37,512 nt of DNA, from NCBI GenBank assembly GCA_002269645.1, contig NIVC01002575.1, positions 1-37,512 on the forward strand, given 5' to 3'. Made by a program: the position numbers and the translations under genes. The DNA comes from Macrostomum lignano. Its lineage: Eukaryota. The first letter of the stretch is position 1; each line of letters begins with the position of its first letter. A model generated the notes under the pieces. It made no database searches. It was given only the letters and a program-made list of their open reading frames with translations, and was not told where the DNA came from. Below, piece after piece: positions 21,938-31,214 of this stretch.

Positions 21938-22140
21938 CTATGTGTAAGCAATGTATCAGCAATGTAACTGACAAGTTTGCTCTTGTTGGCAATGTTTGAC
22001 AAGAGCTTGCCATCCCAATGTAGCAACAGAAGCCCATTGGATAAAAAGATATCCATTGCAAAATTCTTGTAGGTGAATACTCTGGTTTGATAAATGTTGC
22101 TCCAAGATAGAACAATATTATCAAGGTATATACCAATTGA
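21938..22140 (-). pseudogene. Possible decayed DDE transposase fragment
   Basis: Minus-strand ORF 21868-22056 contains LLLHWDGKLLSNIANKSK. HWDGKLL is recalled as a motif of an invertebrate hAT-like transposase group. The remainder is degenerate and truncated by the adjacent TIR element. Confidence 0.3.
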
Positions 22141-22592
22141 CTTGACTATACAATGCTAGTGGCTATAAAGGTGGCATTGTGGTCTAATACTTTAATGTCC
22201 TAAGCTGCAGGTATATTTGGCATAATTAATTGTATAGGGCTGCAAAAGCATTTTTGGAAAGAAGTTAAGGATTTGAGAAGCTATTAATAGTCTCAGTTAG
22301 ACAAATCATCTGACCTACTTTCATTATCTAACATCTTATCAATATCAGTATAGTTGCATGAGGCAGTTAAGGTCTGCTGCTTTTGTTTATGAGCAGCTTC
22401 CACGAGTACTTGTTTATTGGCCTTATTGACCTTGCTGGCCTCCCTATAGTAGATGTCGTTATTTGCCATGGGGCATAGGTACATTATCATATCTTGCCTA
22501 AATTCCTTAAGTACTAATCTTACTTTTGCCTTCATAACTTGTAATTTCCTATTTTTAAGTCTTTATGACTTTTTCCTATCTTGAGTCTTTAT

Positions 22593-22860
22593 AACAGAGA
22601 AAGAAAGAAACAAGATAAGAGGATAAAGAATAAGCATAAAAGTAGAGGATAAGCAGAAATGAGAATAGAGAAAAGAGAGAAAACATAGGAAATATATAAG
22701 AGTAGAGAAGAGAAGAAAGAGAAGAAATGAGAGATAGAGAAAAGAGAAGAGAGAAAAGGGAAACGAAGAGACAAGAGACTGAATATAAAAGAAAATAAGA
22801 TGATAGATAAGATAAGAGAAGAGTCAGACAAGAAGGGAGAGACAGATAAGACAGATAATA
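22593..22860 (+). repeat. Purine-rich (GA/GAA/GATA) low-complexity tract
   Basis: Almost exclusively A/G on the + strand. It produces the spurious F/L/S-rich minus-strand ORF 22589-22831. Confidence 0.85.
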
Positions 22861-23632
22861 TTGCCTATTATTTTAATTTATATGGTAATTTATAAGGTCA
22901 CTGTGAATGATATGAATGACTTTATTTAAGAATGTATGCAAGAATAGTTCTAGGGATTGGAATTCAAGGGGTTTCAATAGCTTGTTGTTATATAATTGGT
23001 AAGAGGCATTAGTGCCTATCTTAATAACTCCTTTGAATAGGCATATAAAATTAAAGTAAAAAAACTATTTTTATTTTACAAGGTTGTTTACAAGGTCATA
23101 TTCATATCTTAATGCATTGTCATCTTCAGGGCATACCACAATAATCCCAACAAACTATATTTATAAATAGAACTAGAACCAAGGTAATGGATAGAATGGT
23201 ATCAACCTAAAGTGTTATGAGTTGGCACTGAAGGGGACTTTCTCTTTTCTAACTATATTGTATGCTTATTTATCAACTACACTAAAATAAAACCATTCTG
23301 AATCCAATAGATTCGATTGACCTAAGATTTTAAGTAAAAAAATTACTTAATCCCAAAATGGATTATACTACATGTCTAAAATATAAAATTTAGAGTAATA
23401 TAACTTCTAGAATTTTTTGTATACTAATTCCTATAGTTTTGACACTTTGTATAAAAGAGCATATAAAAATTGGAGGATGTGTTCTACAATTAATCTTAAT
23501 TGTGCCATTTAATGGGTTATCCTACCTTTAATGTTTAGTGAATAGTTTTTCACTGTTACTGCCATTAGCACAGGTCCATATTCCCAGTTTGTTAAATTTC
23601 AGTAAAGCAAATCTAATTAACTAAGCACAATT

Positions 23633-26600
23633 ATGGACGTTGTTAAGGCTATCCGCGACTACATTCAGACCATGCTACAGATCAGTGGACAGGGCATGAA
23701 GATACTGTTAATGGACCAGGAGACCATAGAGATACTGTCAGTTGCTTATACAATGTCAGAGATTAGTAAGCACGAGGTGTTCCTACTTGAGAGGCTGGAG
23801 AGTCCTCGCCAGCCAATGAAGCATCTCAAAGCTGTTGTATTTGTTCGGCCAACCAAGGCCAACATGCAGCTGCTGCACGCCGAGCTTCGCAGTCCAAAGT
23901 ACGGCTCGTACTGTTTATTCTTTAGTCAAGCAATTAGCCGACAGGATTTAAAGAGTTTAGCCGAACACGACGAGCAAGAGGTTGTACGCGAAGTTCAAGA
24001 GGTGTTCGCCGACTACCTGGCGCTGAGCCCGCTGCTCTTCACCCCCAATCAGCGTCTGGCTGTGCGCGGATTCGCCTGGCAGCCCGGCGCGTTGCAGCGC
24101 TGCGCCGAAGGCCTGGCAGGCGTGCTTCTGTCGTTGAAACGGCTGCCGTTTATTCGCTATCAGAACTCGTCCGCCAATGCTCGCCGGCTGGCCGAGCAGC
24201 TGGCTGGGCTGGTAGAACGAGAGAAAGAGGGACTGTTTAACTTTCAGGTGCGTTGCGATTTTTTATTGTCGACATGATTGTGAAATATACGAGTACATAC
24301 GAATTTGATTAAATAATAAAAATACAGTGGAAGTGGAAGTCAATGCAAGAGAGAAAAACGAAACAAAGTATAAATAGTCAGGCTGGTTCAAACACAAAGA
24401 GAAGTTGGTTTGTGCACTTTCCTGCTAGGTTGATGTAGCTGGATTTTTACGAAAAACTTTCAACAGACGCCCAACAGAGAGTAGTGTCACTTGTCACTAA
24501 CTAAACTTCTATTGTTTTAGTATATGTGACTAGCCATTTAGCCCCTCCTCTGGGTGGCTCTATAATAATTTCGCACAAACTCCTATTAGATATTAAGTAA
24601 GCATCTAAACCCCGAACTGTTTTAGTAGCATCTTCAGCTATATGCTTGTACCCTAAAGTAGTCACGTGGTAATCGGATCCCTCTTTTTAACAAAATGTAT
24701 TTTTAAAATATTCTTCAGCTATTTTTAACACATTCTTACACATTCTTACTTTGCTACTCAGTAGTTAACCGCAAACACTAATTGTTTATTTAGGAGCGCG
24801 GCGCCACCCACCTGCTTGTGCTAGACAGACGCGAAGATCCAGTAACCCCTCTACTAAACCAGTGGACCTACCAGGCTATGGTGCACGAACTGCTGGGCAT
24901 ACGCAACAATGTTGTTGAATTGGGCGACACCAAGGTCAATCTGAGTGCTCAATACGACGATTTTTATCGCGATCATTGGCACGTGAATTTTGGCGAACTG
25001 GGCGCCGCTGTCAAACAGCTAATGGAAGAGTTTCAGAGGAAACAGCAGGCCACGGCTGGAAAGATTGAAAGCATTGGAGATATGAAAAATTTTGTGGAAA
25101 ATTATCCCGCTTTTAAGAAATTGTCCGGCAGTGTTACTAAACACGTTAATCTGATGTCCGAGATTTCTAAGCTAGTTGGAGAGCGAAATCTGCTTGAGGT
25201 TTGTCTGCATTTGCTGCTGTGATCATCGTTTTGAATCTTCAGGTTATTGCCCCAGTCCTCAGTGAGTGCTGCCACCCGTTTGCCCTACCAGCTCCTCAGT
25301 GAGTGCTGCCACCCCTTTACCCTACCAGCTCTTGATTGAGTGCTGCCAACTCCTTTGCCCCAACAGCTCTTCATTGAGTGCTGCCAACTCCTTTGCCCTA
25401 CCAGCTCCTGAGTGAGTGCTGCCACCCCTTTACCCTACCAGCTCCTCAGTGAGTGCTGCCACCCCTTTACCCTACCAGCTCCTCAGTGAGTGCTGCCACC
25501 CCTTTACCCTACCAGCTCCTCAGTGAGTGCTGCCACCCCTTTACCCTACCAGCTCCTGAGTGAGTGCTGCCACCCCTTTACCCTACCAGCTCCTCAGTGA
25601 GTGCTGCCACCCCTTTACCCTACCAGCTCCTCAGTGAGTGCTGCCACCCCTTTACCCTACCAGCTCCTCAGTGAGTGCTGCCACCCCTTTACCCTACCAG
25701 CTCCTCAGTGAGTGCTGCCACCCCTTTACCCTACCAGCTCCTCAGTGAGTGCTGCCACCCCTTTACCCTACCAGCTCCTCAGTGAGTGCTGCCAACTCCT
25801 TTGCCCTATCAGCTCCTCAGTGAGTGCTGCCAACTCCTTTGCCCTACCAGCTCCTCAGTGAGTGCTGCCAACTCCTTTGCCCGTGGTTTGAAATATTGAC
25901 AGTTTTCCAATGGTTAAAACATGCCAAACCAACTGCTTGTCCCATAGGTGTCCGAACTCGAGCAAGAGCTGGCAGCCCTAGGCGGCGAGGCGCACGCCCA
26001 CCTGCAGCGGGTTCAGCATCTGATCGCTTCGCCGAAAGTCACGGAGCTGGACGCGCTCCGGCTGGCGCTGCTGTTTGCGCTGCGCTACGAGACTCAGGCA
26101 GCGTCGGCGCTGCCAGCCCTGCGGGACGCCTTGGCGCGTAGGGGGCTCAACGAACAGCAGACCGGGCTCATCGCGGCGCTGCTCAGGTGAGGAGACTGCA
26201 GAAAAAAAAATAGTTTTGAATATTAAGTGAGAAATAGTCTATGAAAGAGTTTGCTGCTGATGTCTATGGCCAAATTATCAACTTTGGTGCCTTTTCCGTC
26301 TATGTCTATGGGCAAGACCGATCGCGAATCTAGCGCAGCTAAATAGGAGAATTCTCAACTTGGTTAGCTTAACTATCAAGGCTGTAGAAAGCAACACCAG
26401 GTTAGTATAGCATTTTGCAGCCCATTTGGGCTTACGCGCATTGAATTTAATCCAAGATACGTTTGCCAATGTAACAGAGCATTTGTCTATGGTAGCAAGG
26501 CTGGCGCAGCGGCATTTAATTTGGTCCAAAAAGCATCAATTTGGTCCAAACACTCGTGAGCCATTGGACAAACTCTTGCCTTCTCTCAACCGTCTGCAGG

Positions 26601-27854
26601 TTTTTGCGCACCGCTGGAATGTCAGCGTCTCTACCAAAAATTTTCGGTTGCTTTTCCAGAGCTCTGCTGATAGTCGAAATCTGATAACCAACTGGAGCTG
26701 TTCCCTCAACTTCTGCTGCATTTCGGCAACGTCAACAAAGGGTTCGTCTCAACTGCATCGAGCAGCAGTTGGACCTGAGGCTCTCGAGCAACTTGCCTTG
26801 GCGATTGCCACCCTTTCGCAGGCGATCTCTGCCGGCAGAGTTTCAACGCGCTGCTGGATTCTGTAAACCACCTTTGGGTGTTCACCTCCGTCGAGTGCTT
26901 CGATCACAAGCCAATGACATTCGTTCAACAGCCTAGCATATGGTCCACAATTCTGGGACTGAGCTGCAAATGAACTAAATGGACCAAATTGATGCTTGTT
27001 GGACCAAATTAAATGCCGCTGCGCTAGCCTTGCTACCATAGACAAAAGCTCCATTACTTTGACAAACATATCTTGGATTAAATTCGATGCACGTAAGCCC
27101 AAATGGGCTGCAAAAAGCTATATTAAAATCAAATGGTAATCAGGTGACCATGAGGGCCTTTAACGACTCGAAACGCGTCTAATACGACTTGAGTGGCGCG
27201 TCACAAGCGCGTCACTTAGAGTCGCAGACGATAAAACGCTTTAAAAGGACTAAGGCAACTCTTTTACGACTTTTTGGCATTTTATATCTCGTAGTTTAGA
27301 ATAACTTCTGTCTTACTTTACTGGGACATGAACCTTTTGTTTCTCTTTGCTGCAGATACGGCGGCGTCAAGGCTCGAACCAGCGACCTATTCGGCACGCA
27401 GACGCCGCTGTCAGTTACCAAGCGCCTATTCAAAGGCATTAAAGGTGTTGAAAATATTTTTACTCAACACCAACCGCTGCTGGCCGACCTCATTGATCAG
27501 GCTTGCAAAGCCAAGCTCAAGGAGGCCGCCTATCCGTTCGTGTCGGCGCCGTCTGCCGCGGCACAGCAGCGACCAGCTGACCTCATTGTCTTCGTTGTTG
27601 GCGGCGTCACCTATGTTGAAGCCCTGGCTGTGCACAATTGCAATAAGAACATACCAGTTGTCAACGTGTTGCTAGGCGGTACATCAGTGATTAATACTCG
27701 ATCATTCCTTGAAGAGGTGGCCGCCGCTGTCGACTCGTCGGCTGAGCCGCCGACTTCGGGCGGATCGGCGCCGACTGGCTCCAGCAGCGGACCAGCTGGC
27801 GGGGTTGGGCCCGCTGCCAGGCTGCTCAGCGGGATTAAGGCCAATCGGTTTTGA
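23633..27854 (+). CDS. VPS45: Vacuolar protein sorting 45 (Sec1/Munc18 family), 585 aa, intact
   Basis: Exons 23633-24247, 24794-25198, 25948-26186 and 27356-27854 total 1758 nt and join in frame. Motifs: [61 protein letters not shown]...[47 protein letters not shown]. Confidence 0.97.
25250..25882 (+). repeat. 37-bp minisatellite CAGCTCCTCAGTGAGTGCTGCCACCCCTTTACCCTAC, ~17 copies, VPS45 intron 2
   Basis: Read directly. The centre is homogeneous, with 38-bp CCAACTCCTTTGCCC variants at both ends. Confidence 0.98.
26408..27120 (-). mobile_element. Internally deleted Tc1/mariner-IS630-like DNA transposon in VPS45 intron 3
   Basis: ~140-bp TIRs at 26408-26548 and 26980-27120 (roughly 88% identical by eye), flanked by TA on both sides (26406-07, 27121-22). 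The spacer encodes a frameshifted transposase N-terminal HTH region on the minus strand: [10 protein letters not shown]...RIQQR...[10 protein letters not shown]...[40 protein letters not shown]. No DDE domain remains. Confidence 0.75.
27155..27250. repeat. Imperfect ~95-bp fold-back (MITE-like palindrome)
   Basis: Nested complementary blocks CCTTTAA/TTAAAAGG, CGTCT/AGACG, CGACT/AGTCG and GAGTGGCGCG/CGCGTCACTT surround a TCACAAG loop. Confidence 0.55.
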
Positions 27855-27981
27855 CTTTCTAGATGAGCTCTGATTGCTATTCAATATTCGTGTGATTTTG
27901 CTTGTTTCCTCTGTGCATGTCTTCTTTCGCTCTCATTTAAGAAAATTTACTTTGATGTTGATGTAATCTCGATCCTAAGCC

Positions 27982-29232
27982 CCCTAATTGGGACTTTATA
28001 ATCCCAATCATTAATCCTTTAAAAGTGATCCCTAATTGGGACTTCATAATCCCGATGGCCAATCACCTGATCGGGATCCCTAATTGGGACCTTAGAATCC
28101 CGATGGCCAATCACCTGATCGGGATCCCTAATTGAGACCTCATAATCCCGATTGCCACTCACCTGATCGGGATCCCTAATTGAGACCTCAGAATCCCGAT
28201 GGCCAATCACCTGATCGGGATCCCTAATTGGGACTTCATAATCCCGATGGCCAATCACCTGATCGGGATCCCTAATTGAGACCTTAGAATCCCGATGGCC
28301 AATCACCTGATCGGGATCCCTAATTGGGACTACATAATCCCAATGGCCAATCACCTGATCGGGATCCCTGATTGGGACTACATAATCCCGATGGCCAATC
28401 ACCTGATCGGGATCCCTAATTGAGACCTTAGAATCCCGATGGCCAATCACCTGATCGGGATCCCTAATTGAGACCTCAGAATCCCGATGGCCAATCACCT
28501 GATCGGGATCCCTAATTGAGACCTTAGAATCCCGATGGCCAATCACCTGATCGGGATCCCTAATTGGGACTTCATAATCCCGATGGCCAATCACCTGATC
28601 GGGATCCCTAATTGAGACCTCAGAATCCCGATGGCCAATCACCTGATCGGGATCCCTAATTGAGACCTCAGAATCCCGATGGCCAATCACCTGATCGGGA
28701 TCCCTAATTGAGACCTCATAATCCCGATGGCCAATCACCTGATCGGGATCCCTAATTGAGACCTTAGAATCCCGATGGCCAATCACCTGATCGGGATCCC
28801 TAATTGGGACTTCATAATCCCGATGGCCAATCACCTGATCGGGATCCCTAATTGAGACCTCAGAATCCCGATGGCCAATCACCTGATCGGGATCCCTAAT
28901 TGAGACCTCAGAATCCCGATGGCCAATCACCTGATCGGGATCCCTAATTGAGACCTCATAATCCCGATGGCCAATCACCTGATCGGGATCCCTAATTGAG
29001 ACCTTAGAATCCCGATGGCCAATCACCTGATCGGGATCCCTAATTGGGACTTCATAATCCCGATGGCCAATCACCTGATCGGGATCCCTAATTGAGACCT
29101 CAGAATCCCGATGGCCAATCACCTGATCGGGATCCCTAATTGAGACCTCAGAATCCCGATGGCCAATCATCTGATCGGGATCCCTAATTGAGACCTCAGA
29201 ATCCCGATGGCCAATCATCTGATCGGGATCCC
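27982..29232 (+). repeat. 48-bp minisatellite GATCGGGATCCCTAATTG(A/G)GAC...ATCCCGATGGCCAATCACCT, ~25 copies
   Basis: Read directly. There are no indels among the regular units, and a BamHI site occurs in each unit. It yields the stop-free 399-aa minus-strand ORF 28019-29218 of 16-aa repeats. Confidence 0.99.
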
Positions 29233-29814
29233 AAAGTTTTAGTTAAAGTTTCTGATCTGATTGATAGATATATGATCAGCAGAATTCCAAAATACTTTGC
29301 AACGCTTTGGTTTATCCATCTGTACAAACCCGTGTCTCAACTTTGTTAATTCGTTTCTTTTTAAGTTTTCTGATGTTCTCTAGCATTCATGATAATTATG
29401 ACCTGAGGAGCGCTTTGTAATTGATGCTTTTTTTAGCTTCATATTTATATTGCATTAGTCATTGTGTGCTCAAGGAACAAAACAAGCATAACTAACCCAG
29501 ATTTATTATATAAATGTTATAAACCATTGTCTAATAATAGCTATTGTCCATAATAACATATTAATCGATGCATAGTAAAACTCTGGTATACTGTCTTGTG
29601 ATATGTGCTTTTACCTGTGTTGTGAACTTGAAAATAAATATATAGTCAAATACCTGCCGTTTGCCGCACTGTTGTCTGTTGGTTGATTAATTGCTTTTCT
29701 GAGCAGAATATATTTTTTATTTTTGCACCAGATGGGATATAGGAATATGCGTGATGAACCAATATTTACGAGTGATTGTATTACAGCTCAGTTTCCAACC
29801 TCACCGACCCTCGA

Positions 29815-31172
29815 GCTGGGCCACCGCCAGCCTCCCAGATCCTCAGTTACTGGGCCAGCCTCCCAGATCCTCAGTTGCTGGGCCAGCTTCCCAGACCCTC
29901 AGTTGCTGGGCCAGCCTCCCAGACCCTCAGTTGCTGGGCCAGCCTCCCAGACCCTCAGTTGCTGGGCCAGCCTCCCAGACCCTCAGTTGCTGGGCCAGCT
30001 TCCCAGACCCTCGGTTGCTGGGCCAGCTTCCCAGACCCTCGGTTGCTGGGCCAGTCTACCAGACCCTCAGTTGCTGGGCCAGCCTCCCAGACCCTCAGCT
30101 GTTGGGCCAGCCTCCCAGACCCTCAGTTGCTGGGCCAGCCTCCCAGACCCTCAGTTGCTGGGCCAGCCTCCCAGACCCTCAGTTGCTGGGCCAGCTTCCC
30201 AGACCCTCGGTTGCTGGGCCAGTCTACCAGACCCTCAGTTGCTGGGCCAGCCTCCCAGACCCTCAGCTGTTGGGCCAGCCTCCCAGACCCTCAGTTGCTG
30301 GGCCAGCCTCCCAGACCCTCAGTTGCTGGGCCAGCCTCCCAGACCCTCAGTTGCTGGGCCAGCTTCCCAGACCCTCGGTTGCTGGGCCAGTCTACCAGAC
30401 CCTCGGTTGCTGGGCCAGTCTACCAGACCCTCAGTTGCTGGGCCAGCCTCCCAGACCCTCAGTTGTTGGGCCAGCTTCTCAGACCCTCAGTTACTGGGCC
30501 AGCTTCCCAGACCCTCAGTTGCTGGGCCAGCCTCCCAGACCCTCAGTTGCTGGGCCAGCCTCCCAGACCCTCAGTTGCTGGGCCAGCTTCCCAGACCCTC
30601 GGTTGCTGGGCCAGTCTACCAGACCCTCGGTTGCTGGGCCAGTCTACCAGACCCTCAGTTGCTGGGCCAGCCTCCCAGACCCTCAGTTGTTGGGCCAGCT
30701 TCTCAGACCCTCAGTTACTGGGCCAGCTTCCCAGACCCTCAGTTGCTGGGCCAGCCTCCCAGATCCTCAGTTGCTGGGCCAACCTCCCAGACCCTCAGTT
30801 GCTGGGCCAGCCTCCCAGACCCTCAGTTGCTGGGCCAGCCTCCCAGACCCTCAGTTGCTGGGCCAGCCTCCCAGATCCTCAGTTGCTGGGCCAGCTTCCC
30901 AGACCCTCAGTTGTTGGGCCAGCTTCTCAGACCCTCAGTTACTGGGCCAGCTTCCCAGATCCTCGGTTGCTGGGCCAGTCTACCAGACCCTCAGTTGCTG
31001 GGCCAGCCTCCCAGACCCTCAGCTGTTGGGCCAGCCTCCCAGACCCTCAGTTGCTGGGCCAGCCTCCCAGATCCTCAGTTGCTGGGCCAGCTTCCCAGAC
31101 CCTCAGTTGTTGGGCCAGCTTCTCAGACCCTCAGTTACTGGGCCAGCTTCCCAGATCCTTAGTTGCTGGGCC
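29815..31172 (+). repeat. 28-bp minisatellite GGGCCAGCCTCCCAGACCCTCAGTTGCT, ~48 copies, immediately upstream of MRM2
   Basis: Read directly. It is open in all three + frames, which explains ORFs 29723-31162, 29751-31883 and 29776-31188. Confidence 0.99.
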
Positions 31173-31214
31173 CCATACTCCAGTATAATCCTACAGCGTA
31201 TATCCTCCACACAG

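Noticed and set aside
22293-22831. Minus-strand ORFs 22293-22535 and 22589-22831
   Set aside because: The first has no recognisable homology or splice context. The second is the translation of a GA-rich low-complexity tract.
27982-29232. CRISPR-like appearance (palindromic constant part with a variable insert)
   Set aside because: The variable parts are a few recurring point variants, not unique spacers. The context is eukaryotic and there are no cas genes.
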